NCBI RefSeq assembly: GCF_030028105.1
Contig: NC_092385.1
Coordinates: 56,965,433-57,029,432 of the forward strand
Direction of reading: 5' to 3'
DNA length: 64,000 nucleotides
DNA from: Mobula birostris
Lineage: Eukaryota
The notes beneath the pieces are model-generated. The model was not told where the DNA came from. It saw only the letters and a list, made by a program, of their open reading frames with translations, and did no database searches. Each line of letters opens with the position of its first letter. Positions within the stretch are counted from its first letter, which is position 1. Below, piece after piece: positions 25,158-38,130 of this stretch. A program made the position numbers and the translations under genes.

Positions 25158-26318
25158 AGAACATAAGAACATAAGAAATAGGAGTAGGAGTAGGCCATCT
25201 GGCCTGTCAAGGCTGCTCCGCCATTCAATAAGATCGTGGCTGATCTGACCATGGACTCATCTCCAACTTCCTGCCTTTTCCCCATAACCCTTAATTCCCC
25301 TACTATGCAAAAAATCTATCCAACCTTGTCTTAATTATATTTACTGAGGCAGCTTCCACTGCTTCGTAGGGCAGAGAATTCCACAGATTCACCACTCTTT
25401 GGGAAAGCAGTTCTTCTTCATCTCTGTCCTAAATTTACTCCCCCGACTCTTGAGGCTACATCCCCTAGTTCTAGTCTCACCTATCAGTGGAAACAACTTT
25501 CCTGCCTCTATCTTATCTATCTCTTTCATAATTTTATATGCTTCTATATGATCTCCTCTCATTCTTCTGAATTCCAGCGAGTACAGTCCCAGGCCACTCA
25601 ATCTCTCCTCATAGTCTAACCCTCTCATCTCTGGAATCAATCTGGAGAACTGCCTCTGCACCATCTCCAAAGCCAGTATATCTTTCCTCAAGTAAGAAGA
25701 ACAGAACTGCACGCAGTTCTCCAGGTGTGGCCTCACCAGTACCCTGTACAGTTGCAGCATAACCTCCCTGCTCTTAAATTCAATCCCTCTAGCAATGTAG
25801 GCCAACATTCCATTTGCCTTCTTTATAGCCTGCACCTGCAAACCAACCTTTTGTGATTCATGCACAAGCACTCTCAAGTCCCTCTGCACAGCAGCATGCT
25901 GCAATCTTTTAACTATTTAAATAATAATACGTTCTTTCATTTTCCCTTCCAAAGTGGATGGCCTCGCATTTACAGCATTGTACTCCATCTGCCAGCCCCT
26001 TGCCCACTCACTTAACCTATCTATATCTCTCTGCAGACTCTCTGTATCTTTTGCACAATTTGCCATTCCACTCAATTTAGTATCATCTGCAAACTTAGAT
26101 ACACTACACTCGGTCCTCTCTTCCAGATCGTTAGTGTATATCATGACAGTTGCAAGCGCAGCACTGACCCCTGTGGCACACCGCTCACTGCTGATTGCCA
26201 ACCAGAGTATCCCAACTCTCCACTTTCTATTAGTTAACCAATCCTCTATCCATGCTAATACATCACCTCGACTCTATGAATCCTTCATCTTATGGAGAAG
26301 TCTTTTATGTGGCACCTT
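25158..26318 (-). mobile_element. CR1 (HER1-like) LINE, RT C-half plus 3' UTR, (CTTATGTT)n tail
   Basis: SKFADDTKL, LQRDIDRLSEWA..WQMEYN, LYRVLVRPHLENCVQF, YEERL..LGLYSLEFRRMRGD. Confidence 0.93.
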
Positions 26319-26320
26319 AC

Positions 26321-27270
26321 TTGTTATAGTATCTAATATTATTAGTTTTATTTTTTTCTCAACTCAAGCTGGTAAAACTTGAGATAAGGGCACACTCATT
26401 TCTCAACGGCCAGGATCTTTTGGACTATTCTTGTGGTGTTTAGTATTGTGGCTTTCTGAAGATTTACATAGATATTGCTGTGTAAGTCTAATTGTTTAAT
26501 GCTATTGTGTAGTGCCTTTAGGATGATACCAGTTGTAGATATTACTATTGGGACAATGTATATACCCTGTTCATGTTCCATAGTCTTTCAATTTCCTCTT
26601 TTAACTCAGCATATTTCTGATGTTTTTCTTTTATTGATTTCTGTATGTTATGTGTGTTTGGAATGGCTATCTCTATTAACTAAGTTGTTCTTGCTTGATT
26701 ATCAGGAGTACATTCAGTCAGAGACTCATTCCACCGAGATGCAACACAGAGCGTCATAGGAAGTCATTCCTGCCTGTGGCCATCAAACTTTACAACTCTT
26801 CCCTTGGAGGGTCAGACACCTGAGCCAATAGGCTGGTCCTGGACTTATTTCCTGGCATAAATTACATATTACTATTTAACTATTTATGGTTTTATTACTA
26901 TTTAATTATTTAAGGTGTAACTGTAACGTAAACCAAATTCCCCCGGGATCAATAAAGTATGACTATGACTATGACTATCCTGTAATATTATACCCAGACA
27001 GTTATTATGGATTGCCCTGACTGTAATAATGGATCAGTCGTAATATGATTTGTGGAACTCTGACTCTAAAACTGCATCAGTCTTATACTATATTTATAGT
27101 AAGGTATGGTGTCTTTTATGAGTTTGTATTTTAAAGCAAGATTTTGGTGAATGATCTTTGCCTCTTGATTGTGCTTGTGTAAGAAATCAGATTGAGTTAA
27201 ACTGCTGCAGGATCCTACAATGTGCTAGATTGTTTGTAGATTCTCTTGGCATTTTCTGCATTTATAGTCT
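26321..27270 (-). mobile_element. R4/Dong-like non-LTR element 3' end (CCHC knuckle plus restriction-like endonuclease), interrupted
   Basis: Minus strand KCRKCQE..TI*HIVGSC..HNQ, IHNN..IILQD, IEIAIPNTHN..EKHQKYAEL, VPIVISTTGI..LQKATILNTTRIV; TAA-rich 3' flank. Confidence 0.8.
26704..26978 (+). mobile_element. Rex1-clade 3' end with (TATGAC)n tail inserted in the R4-like element
   Basis: STFSQRLIPPRCNTERHRKSFLPVAIKLYN; AATAAAGTATGACTATGACTATGACTAT; TATC on both sides. Confidence 0.82.
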
Positions 27271-27378
27271 TGAAGAAATTAATCTTGAATCTTGAATGCC
27301 TGCGGGAAAATGAATCTCAAGGTGACATTGAAGTCAGAGTTCAAGCTTGGATCAAGGTGCAGTGCAGAAGAGCAGAAA

Positions 27379-27620
27379 TAACGTAACATGCCCGCAACTC
27401 ACTAACCCTAACGTAACATCCTGCAACCCGCTAACCCTAACGTAACATGCCCACAACCCACTAACCCTAACGTAACATGCCCGCAACTCACTAACCCTAA
27501 CGTAACATCCCGCAACCCGCTAACCCTAACGTAACATACCCACAACCCACTAACCCTAACGTAACATGCCCATAACTCGCTAACCCTAATGTAGCCTGCC
27601 CACAATCGCTAACCCTAACC
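27379..27620. repeat. 29-30-bp minisatellite, 8 units
   Basis: Unit TAACGTAACATGCCCGCAACTCACTAACCC. Confidence 0.95.
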
Positions 27621-27765
27621 ATACAGCTTTGGAATGTGGGAGGAAACCGGATCACCCAGAGGAAACACACGTGGTCACAGAGAGAACGTACAAACTCCTT
27701 GCAGAATGGAACCCCAACTTTACAACCAGTACTGTAAGGTGTCACTCTAACCGCGATGCTACATG
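27587..27765 (-). mobile_element. HE1/V-SINE-like SINE fragment
   Basis: TTTGGAATGTGGGAGGAAACCGGATCACCCAGAGGAAAC core, as at 60510-60550. Confidence 0.8.
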
Positions 27766-27914
27766 AAGGCTGAAACATTCACCGCTATCTTCAGGCAGAA
27801 GTGCTGAGTGGACGATCCATATCCACTCCCTCCTGGGTCTCCCACCATCTCAGAAGCCATCTGCAGTCAGCTCCACACATGATAACAAGACTGAACAGAA
27901 AACACAGCATACAG

Positions 27915-28370
27915 TAAAGCTTGCAGGATCTGACAACATCCAAGCTGTTGCACTGAAGACTTGCAAAGCTCTTTTACTTACAGTGTACTGCAACAAAAAT
28001 AGTTATCCAAACAAGCGGAAGATTGTTCAGGTTTGTCCTGGTTACAAAGGAAGGACAAGTCCAGTGCAGCTAATTACTGGCCCGTCATTCCAGGCTTAGC
28101 TATTGTCAGCATACTGGTAGCTTCATTGACAGTGTGGTCACGTGGCACCTGCTCACCAGTTACCTACTCTGGAAGTAAGTGGCCTCAGTAAAACCCAAGC
28201 TTGACACCTTATTGATGTCCAGCTTGATCCAAACATGGACCAGAGGTGAAGCAAGATTGACTGCCCTGGAAAACTGTATTTGACCAAGTGTTATGACAGC
28301 CTGGTAAAATTTAAGTCAATTGGGCATCAAGAGAAAACTGTCGTTTTATCTTATGTTAAGGAAGGTGGTT
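27915..28370 (+). mobile_element. Highly decayed LINE RT fragment
   Basis: AGSDNIQAVALKTC..KIVQVCP..DKSSAANYWPV motifs with many lesions. Confidence 0.55.
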
Positions 28371-29255
28371 GTTCTACTGTCCTCACTGTGCATGTCAGCT
28401 AAACAACTTCTCAAAATCACCCAAGGCAGAAGCTATCTTTTTGGGTTTTTAATGAGACTGGTATTGTGAGACAGCAGACAGGTAAATAAATTAGATATTA
28501 AGTTCAATACAGAATCATCACATGCCTGAATATGCTAATACTGTCAAATATTCTCGCCGTGGGTGTTAGCCAAGGAAGTATACAGACAGATGATCAAGTA
28601 GTTTTAATAGTACACATATGTAACACTGCATAGCTATACAGTGTAAATGAGTGTAAACATGCCGCACAAAGATAAACTTAAACATGTTTTCTTCAAAACA
28701 TGTCTACTAAATACTACCAAAGGCTTAAAACTCAGAGATACTACTGTTTCAAGAGCAAATAAAGAATGGATGGAGATGGATGTCTTCCCTCTGCATTCTT
28801 CAAATGAGAAAAAGCAGCCTTTTCTTCTTCTTGCAAAGTTTAGTGGTGGTTTGTGGACGAACATAAGGTGCATTACCATCACCTACTGAAGGGGAGTGTG
28901 GAACAAAGAGACAGGAATTATATCCACTTTAATTCCACTCCTCCCCTAAAATCTCAAATAATATCAAAAAGTCTAATGCTTTTCACAACATCAAATATGC
29001 ACCTCTAAACATAGTGATAGCAGAGATATCCTAAAAACTTTCCATGTTAAACTGAGTCTGTCCCGAGGATCTCAATTTAGCAGTTAGATGTTTCCTTTGC
29101 ACCTCGTAAGATCTACATTCACGTGCTGCACCCTTTCCTGACAAGTGCACTGCCTACAAATGCCCTTATCATACATATTACTTCTCAACAAGAAGATATC
29201 CAACTGAGTATGTCCAACACGTAAACATTTAAGTATAATTTCTTCCAGATGGGAT

Positions 29256-30440
29256 GTGAGTCCAGTAGCACTCATATCTGTGGTAATGAAATGCTCTGAG
29301 AGGATAGAATCAACTCCTGCCTCAGCAAGGTCCTGGACCTATTGCAGTTGGGTTTCACCACTATGGGTCTATGGCAGACACAACCTCGTTGGCTCTCCAT
29401 GCGGCTTTGGATCACCTGGACAATACCAATACTTACCTGAGGATGCTGTTTCTTGACTCAGTGTTTAACATCATCATTCCTACAGTCCTGATCGAAAAGC
29501 TACAGAATCTGGGTCTCTGTGTCACGGTCCCGACTGTTAATTCCCCATTTTCTCCTAATTCCCTTTGATTGTGTCACGGTCCTGATCGTTAATTCCTCAT
29601 TTTCTCCTAATTCCCTTTGATGGCGACACAGCTGGTTCTCATCAAGACCTGCAGCATAAAAGCACCGGCTTTGCATCCACTCGGGGCCAGATCGTTGAGT
29701 TAGCCAGTGTGGTAATTAACGTTCCCGGCTGCTTAGGATTGCGTGTTCTAAATTTTACTTCAATACCGAGGATTACCTGTGTAACTCCATTCCTTCATGT
29801 CAAGAAAAGTATTCTCTACCGCTTGCCTTTTTACGCACCATGTCAAGATAAGTATTGCCTGCCGCCTGCTTTTCTGTTCATCCTCCTGTTGCCGTTCAGG
29901 TCCAGCCACGCTCCGTGTCAAGATAAGTTTTCCCTGCTCTGCCTCATTCCGCCGCCCGCCTACACTCTCTGTTGGCTCAGTGGGTAAACGTCACGTTCTC
30001 ACCGCAGTGACCCAGGTTCAATCCCCGGACAAGCCTCGCTGGCTCCCTGACCTTCCCTGCAGCCATTAATAAAGACTCTTTAGATTACTCTACCTCCGTG
30101 TCAGTGCCCTGCGTTTGGGTTCACACCCGTTCGTTGCAACACTCTGCAGCTGGATTCTCCACTACCTAACCAGAAGACCACAATCTGTGCAGAGTGGTAA
30201 TCAACACTGGCGCACCTCAGGGATGTGTGCTTAGCCTGTGGCTCGAATCTCTCTACAGCCATGACCGTGTGGATAGGCATAGCTCAAATGCCTTCTGTAA
30301 ATTTTCTGATGACACAACCATTGTTGGCAGAATGTCAGATGGTGATAAGAGGCCATACAGAAGCAAGGTATACCAGCTATCTGAGTAGTGTCGCTGGAGC
30401 AACCTTGCACTCGATGTCAGTAAGACCAAACGGCTGCTGA
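29256..30440 (+). mobile_element. Internal Rex1-type RT fragment inserted in the Nimb element
   Basis: [48 protein letters not shown]; no 3' tail. Confidence 0.85.
29520..30141 (+). mobile_element. Solo LTR
   Basis: TGTCAC...GCAACA termini; CTCTG on both flanks (29515-29519, 30142-30146); CATAAAAG ~29656; AATAAA ~30068. Confidence 0.85.
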
Positions 30441-30871
30441 ATCATATATAAGTGCCATCCTTTCTTTTTATTCTCCCAGCTTTGTTGTCACAGTGATCAA
30501 ATAGACTTTATGATTATGGTTTTCACTTCTCCTTTATGCAAAGGCACTGTCACATTTGCATCCTTACTCGGCAAGGATGTCCACCACCTCGTTTCCTTCA
30601 ACCCCACTATGGCTGGGACCCATATGAAATGGATACCCAAGCCTAGACCCTGCAGTCTCAACGGACGTTGTCTAACCTCAAGAAGAATGTCAGAGCACAG
30701 AAGTATGTAATCAGGATGTACTTCTTCAACCCATTCTGAGGATAAAGTGATAGCAACCATCTGAGATAGGAATACTGACACTTTGTTTGATAATCTTTTC
30801 TTAAGAGTCACCTGAAACTTTGGAACATAAACAGCGAAACCTGATTGACCTGTCACTGGGTCTTTTGAACC

Positions 30872-33800
30872 TGTGAGCAAAACTTTGGCAGGGATGGTAG
30901 GGACCAAAGTGCTGCACTATCCGAGACAAGAATCGAGACGTGGTTTTGAGACAGAAGACAAGGACCGGGTTCTTGACTAGATGCTAGATGAGATTAGATG
31001 AGAATCAAAACCAGTCAGAAATCCTAAACGCAATTGAAGAATGGACCAAAGTTGAGCTGATGGTTGAGTCCCCGAGCCTGAATTCAGGTGCTCTTTAAAT
31101 ATTCATATCTTGGTGCCAAACCATGGCTGGTAATTAGCGGAGTGGGTCAGAATCTTTAAATGGACCATATCAGCGATCCACACTCTGGAGAATTGGAGCT
31201 TCTAGATGCCGGAGGCTAATGCAGTCAGGTGCACACTGTAACTGGACCCTGTCCCCTATGGCCAACTCCTGATGCCCTGGCTGCGCAGGGTGATGCTGAC
31301 AGTCACTATGGATTAGTACTAGGTCCAGGATGTCCCTCTCCGGAACCCAGCACTGTTCCTCGAGTCCAAGCCCTACCTGTTTAATGAGGAACTGTCAAAT
31401 ACTCTGAACAGGTCATACATCCAGAAGTTTCTTCATGGTGAAGACCTGTTGCCCATCAACAAATCTGGGTGGCAGCAGGGCTGTTGGTGGTGAGGTTGGA
31501 GGACTGGTTTCAACCTGGATGCATGGAAGGTGCCATTAATCTTAAAGGTCTTGGAGAGCTGCAAAGTGTAGGCTACGAGGCTCACTTCCTGAAGGACCTT
31601 GAAGGGCCCAATGAACTTGGGCGCTAGTTCCTTGACTCCACCCAGAGAGGTAAATCTTGAGTAGCCAACCTGACACCTTGCCCAGGCTGCAAAGCTGGTC
31701 CCTGCCTTCTCTTACCAACTTCAGTTCCGAGGCCAGCAAAGTCTCCCTCACCCTAGTCCATTTCTCCTTGCAGCGCCTGACGAGATCTTTGGCAGCAGGA
31801 ACCTCAACCTCAGCCACTTCCTCAGGGAAGAGTGGTGGACGATACCCAAAATGGCATTCAGACGTAAGCATCCCATTCACAGAATGCTGTAATGTGTTGT
31901 GAGTGACCTCTTCCCACATCAAATGATCGCACCACCCGTCTGGTCTTTCTGAGGCCAGGCATCTCATGGTTCGTTCTATATCCGGGTTCGCCCACTCCGT
32001 CTGACCATTGGACTGCAGGTGAAACCCAGAGGAAAGGCTTACTGTTGCCCTGATCAGTGGACAGGAAGCTTTCCAAAAATGCCATGCGAACTGTGGACTA
32101 CGATCTGACACAACGTCCACCAGAAATCAATGGATCCTGAAGACCTGATGAAGGATAATCTCAGCCATCTCTAGTGTGTCCAATGCTATGAATTTACAGG
32201 CTTTCGAGAAGCAATCCACAGTCACCGTGAAAGCGGAAGACCGGTGACAAGGTCCTTGGAGATGAGCACCCATAGTCTGTCCAGAACAAGTAAAGGGTGA
32301 AGAAGCCCCTGAGGTTGAATGGGGTTCCCGGTTCTGGGCACACACCTCACACATTTCCACATATTGTTGGACTTCTTTCGCCATTCCAGGCCCACCAGTA
32401 GCTCCTCTTAATGAGCTCAAAGGTTCTGGCAACCCCTGGAGTGAGCAGATGCATGTCCCCATTGAAGAACCTTAGACCTGACTGAACTTGGAATGACCAG
32501 ATGACCTGGAGGACCATTCTTGGGAACCTCCTCTAGCGCTTGGGCCTTGCGAACAAGTACATCAATTCCCCAACAAATGGATGCTATCACCTTAGCTTGG
32601 AGCAAAATGGTGGCAGGCTTCTCCTCTTTTTTGTGTGCATCAAACCGATGAGTCAAGGCATCTGGTGTTTGACCTAGATCAGAACAAAATTGAACAGATT
32701 AAAGAAAAGAAACCACCTGGCCTGCTGGAATTCAGTCTTTTGGCCTCTTGAATACAAGCCAGGTTTTTGTGGTCTGTCCACACAGTAAAAGGGTTCTTGG
32801 CAGCCTCAAGCCAATGATGCCATTTCTCCAGTGGCAACCTGACCACGAGTAGCTCCCTGCTTCTGATACCATAATTCATCTCTACCAGGAATAGACGCCT
32901 GGAGAAGAACACACACGGGTGCAGCTCATTGTCCAGGAGTGCCCGTTGAGACAATACTGCACCTACTCCGACGTCTGAGGTGTCCACCTCCACAACGAAG
33001 GGAAGGTCCTGGTTAGGTGAGACCAAAATGGGAGCTGTTGGGAACCACTATTTGAGATCTGCAAAAGCAGCCTCCGCTTTGGTAGTCCAGATAAAAGGGC
33101 CCGTGGATTTCTTAGTTAGTACTGTAAACAGAGCCACCAATCTTTGTTGAAACAGAGTCCAAATCTTCATCCGTATCCACGATGATCGCAATGAGTGCTA
33201 TGAATATTCTTTGTCCTCCTGGGACTAGGATCCTATGATTTCATTTACGAGCCTATCCCTTAGACAGGACTTGGTGACTGGTTCCTTTAGGCTGGGCTGC
33301 AAGGGCACCAGAATTCTTGGGCACCCCCTTGTCGAACTTCTTGGCTTGTTCCTGAACTTGGGACCCTCCCTCTCCATTTTCAAGACATCTTCAAGCAGAC
33401 AGGGTCAGAACTGACACGGTCCTGTTGACTGGAGCTGGCCTATCCCCTCACGGAGGCATGACTGGGTCTCCTGAAGGCTTTGAGTTACTCCAAGCAAAAG
33501 CCTGCCTCCCAGTCAGCCGCTGGTCTTGGGAGAGTCTGGGGGTCGGAACACCAAACTAGAAATGCTACTTCCTGCAGGGACTTGACCATGCGATGATTCT
33601 CCTTTCCTCCCAGTTCACAGAAGGGTTATTCTTGGTTAGCCAAGGATGCCCGAGGATCAGGGGAATGTCAGGATAATCTATGAAGTGAAAACTAAAGTCC
33701 TCTGCATGATCCCCCATCCTCATTTGTAAAACTGATGTCTGCTGCAAGATCTGCCTGGACCCAAGCAGATGTCCATCCAGGGCAGTTGTGGCTGTGTGCT

Positions 33801-34887
33801 GGCTCATCTCCTGCAGAGGTATGTTGAGCCAACAGGCTGTCCCCAAGTCCAGGAAGTTATCAGTTGCTCCCGAGTCCACAAAGGTACTCAACTTTTGCCA
33901 GTTCTTTCTCTCTAAGGTCTTTGCCTCCAGCAATGCACCAGAATCTGTAGGGTTGGGAGTAGTGGCTGCTACTGTTGCATTCCTCCCAGTCAGAGCCTCT
34001 AAGTCCTCTACCAGCTCTCCCAACTCACCCTGGTGGTACAGTGTGGCCAAGGCCTCCCCATTCCAGCCACACTCCTCAGTCAACATCCAAAACTCAATTA
34101 CATGTCGGTGACTGACCCACTACCGTGACATGGCTTCATCAGATGGTCCAAGGATCTGTTAGATCTGGTGGTATAACGGAACACCCCTTCCATGGTGTCC
34201 ATGGATTCTCCTGAATCTGAGCAAATCTCTGACCTCCACCCCCAATGCGTGGTGGCCAAGGCCAGAGCTCTCCCAGTTGGGAGACAGATTGTAAAGGCCA
34301 CCTTTCTGCACTGTGTAGGAAACCGGAATGGCTGGAGTTCAAACACCAAAGAACACAGTATGAAGAACCCGGGTCACTGCTGAACATCCCCTGGTTTGGA
34401 AGATGGACTGATTCAGACGTGTGACCGATGGCCTCACCCCAGCAATTCTGGCTTCCTCCCAGCAACAGTAAGTCCATGGCGACCTGGAGGTTGTGCATCT
34501 CCAGGCTCTGTCTTGAAATCTTCTCTCTGTGGCTGGCCACAGCTGACAAGAGACTCCAATACCCCGTTGCGTCCATGTTTGGTACTGTGACGAGAGACCT
34601 AGACAAGGACAGTAAGGACCCAAGTGCTGGAGTATCTGAGACTAGAATCGAGACAGAGTTTTGAGACTGAGACAAGAGCAGGGTTCTTGATTAGATGCAA
34701 GACAAGAACCTGACGAGACTAGACGAGAATCCAAATGAGACAGAAATCCTAAACGCAATTGCAGACTGAACAAATTTGAGCTGACGACTGAGCCCCAAAC
34801 CTGAGTTTAGCTGCTCTTTAAACATCCAAATTGTGGCACCAAAATGTGGCCACCGATTAGCGGAGCAGAGCAGAATTTTTAAAGGGA
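30872..34887 (-). mobile_element. Chromovirus-type (sushi/Tf2-like) Gypsy element, decayed, RT core missing
   Basis: Related LTRs 30872-~31242 and 34586-~34887; gag ECGWNGEAL; protease FVDSGATDNF; RNase [25 protein letters not shown]; integrase VSDRSPQF..HLQSNGQTE; chromodomain QFLIKQVGLGLEEQCWVPERDILD at ~31310-31395. Confidence 0.92.
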
Positions 34888-37800
34888 CTGCACCAACTTT
34901 ACCTCAGGGCTTTAAGACCACTGCTGAGGCTGACCCATAAGCAACACATCCATGATCAAAGACAGATCTGATTAAAGTAATACACGTTTGTTTAAATGGC
35001 CTCCCACTCACACCCCAATCACACACAGCTAAGTATCTGAGCACATCAAGGGCTTTTATTACACTTCTCTAGATTTTTATTCACATGCAGCCTTTCGTGT
35101 TAGCCTCGTGTCCATCCACATACCTAGAAATGTTACCACTTACCAATCGACTTGTGGGGTGTAATGTTCCTTTTAGAAAAACAAATAACTTGAGGCTTTG
35201 CAAACAGAAAATGTAAACCCTCCCAGTCATCTACTTCATTAATAGCTATCCATATTTTCTTAACTATGTAATTTAAATTCCTGCCTCCCTTCCACACTGT
35301 ACCATCATCAGCATATAACGGCTTGGAAATGTCTAATCCAACAGTTAAGAAAATATCATTAATCCCTATTAATGGGGGTGGGCTACACGCACTCCCCTGT
35401 GATGTACCGTTCTCTATCTCATACTGCTTAGACAATGTTGTTTCCACCCTAACTTGTATCTTCCTGTCACATAAAAATATTGAATCCATTTGAATATTCT
35501 ACCACCTATTCCCATCTTTTCAAGTTTAAGCAATAACCCTTGTGTCCATAACATATCATAAGCTTTTCCTACATCAAAGAAAACTGACATCACTGATTCT
35601 TCATAAACTTGGGCCTTAGGAATATCAGATTTCAAAGTTAACATCGAGCACGGCCATTCTGTCTTTACGATCTTCCGATTGGTGTACAGCTAATTTTCCA
35701 CTACTTTCCACAAAATAAGAAAGCCTTACTATAGCCATTCATTACATTATCTTACATTCAGGTGAAGTTAGTGAAATGGATCTATAACTGGAAGGATCTG
35801 ATTGACCCTTTACCAGGTTTCAATATAGTGCTAACTACCGCTAATTTCCAGAAAGAAGGAAGTCACCCTTCAACTCATGTTGTATTAAAAAATTCCAAAA
35901 CCGACTTGTTTCAAATCTGATAACTGTATAAGCATACTATAACAAATACCATCTTTCCCAGGTGATGTCAGACCAACACCATTAATAGCTCTTTTAAGTT
36001 CAGACAATGTAAATTTAACATCCAAGCAGGAACTGGAACGTTCACTTCCTCAGCAATCTGAGGACTGTTTGCCACTACTGTTCTCTATAAGACCTCTCTA
36101 CTTAAATTGGCTGAACTATGCACACCGACAAATGTTTTAGTGAATATTTCTGCTTTTTCAGAGTCAAAAATTGTAGCCATCCCCCCATAGAAAATAGGTT
36201 TTGAAACTCCCCACCCCCTTTTCTGTGTCCTTCTTCCCTTTCCGGGATCTCTTTCTTAATACTATCACATTACATTCTCAAATACAGTTTCTTTGCCTTT
36301 CTTACTTTGGTTTGAGCTCTTTTGTATTCATCCATCCACCAGGGAACAGCTTTCCTTTCATTATTTCCCAACAATTTGGGAATTGCTTCCTTAGCTGTTG
36401 AGTTGAGCTCAGAGCACAAGGTATTATTGCATAACACGATATTCTCCAAAAACAAATGATCAGGAAATCTACTTTCACATAGATCATCAAATACATCCCA
36501 ATTTGCCTTTTTAAAATTCTATCTGGAGATATGAAAACCTTTCTGCTGATACACAGTGTTTCCCATTGTACATATAATGGAGAATGGTCACTCCCCACAG
36601 TTGTATCATTATACACTTCCCAGTTACACACACTGGCTACACCCTCAGATACTAGCATGAGGTCTATAGCAAAAATAATGTTATTAAATAGGTTTCTCTT
36701 TGTGCTCCTTCTATAATTTCCAAAACTCGATGTGCTATCCCATTTTTACAAAGGTAGCTATTCCTCCATTGCCCATGTGCTTGGTGGGGGGGGGGTGCTG
36801 ATGCTTTTTTTGTTGGTGAGGGAGGGAGGAACTGGGGGTACTTTGGGGTTCTAATATTTAACTGTCATTCATTCTTTGAGGCACTCCTCTGTTTTCGTGG
36901 ATGTTTGCGAAGAAAAAGAGTTTCAGGATGTATATTGCATACATCTCTCTGACGTTAAATGTACCTATTAAAACCTAATGTTCTGATCACATCTTTTATC
37001 AGCATAACCTTGTATCTTAAAACTTCGACAAGATTTCAACCAGGTTTCTTATACACATAGAAACATTGGGGTTATTCGGTGAATCTTTTAATGAATTTGT
37101 TACATTAGCTAACAAACTTGTAGCATTCCATTGTGAGAATAATAACCCTCCTTCGAAGTCTGTATATTATTTACTCCTTCTCGTAAAATGTCATTAATAA
37201 CTTCTAGAGTTAAGTCTCTTATTTCTAAATTTTTTTTCTGCAGCCTTTAATATAATTTTTGTTTTTTCTATCCTACTTTTAGTTTGTGCTGTACAATTTA
37301 CCACATCTGCCATGAAGACAATAAATTTTAGTCTGTCAACAATCAGTGAATCCTTTGTTATAAAATCATGCACCTTACGCACTGAATCTAACCTACCTGC
37401 TTTCTGGATATTAACAGGTCCCACTGATACTGTCGTCTGAACTTTCTGAACAGCCTCTGCACATGATTTGCCTATTTCCATCCAAATTCACTGCACTTCC
37501 TTCCACAGCTTTCTTATATACAGGACACCCTGCATAAGCAGAACTATGTTCCTCTCCACAATTGCTACGTTTTAGCCTATTGCCTTCACAATTGCAATAA
37601 TCCAACACATCTATCACACCGTTTTTTTAACCACTAAATACCACTGCTACATGACCAAACCTGTGGCACTGAAAACATCTTGGGGGGAGGGGGCGCACAT
37701 AGACTTGAATCGTATAACTCAGATAACCTAAGTTAACCCCATCTGGCAACTTTTTGCCGTCGAATTTAAACAACACCGATAAGCTATCTGTTTTTACTCC

Positions 37801-38130
37801 ACCACAAAACTCTTTTAAATGTTTAGCGTCCACAGCTCTTCCTCTGACTAAATTATTTTTAACTTGGTCCACGGATACTTCTAGTGGCACTCCTGTAATT
37901 ACTCCCCAAAGCCACTATCATTTAATATAATTTCTTGGTGTTATTTTCCTTCTTTCCAAAACTTTAAACCCCTAAGCTTGCTCACATTGTTTACTTTCTT
38001 TACAAAACACTATGAGTGCCTCATCTCTTAAAGGTTTTGCACCCACAATATCTCCTAATGCTTCTTCCAAATCCTTGGTGAATCTCATTGGATTGATATC
38101 AGAAACAGGTCCACTTTCAAAGCTCAGCAA
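32890..38130. repeat. 5,241-bp tandem duplication, copy 1
   Basis: Every ORF recurs at offset +5241 (e.g. 33565 and 38806). Confidence 0.97.
36725..36977 (+). mobile_element. 3' end of the unclassified repeat inserted in the Nimb endonuclease region (duplicate at 41966-42218)
   Basis: Matches 20270-20480. Confidence 0.75.

Noticed and set aside
27379-27620. Interstitial telomere
   Set aside because: Only CTAACCCTAA per 30-bp unit; the unit is SINE-derived, not (CCCTAA)n.
33565-34623. Domesticated PEG10/RTL1-like gene
   Set aside because: Frameshifts, stops, flanking LTRs and a deleted RT show a decayed chromovirus.
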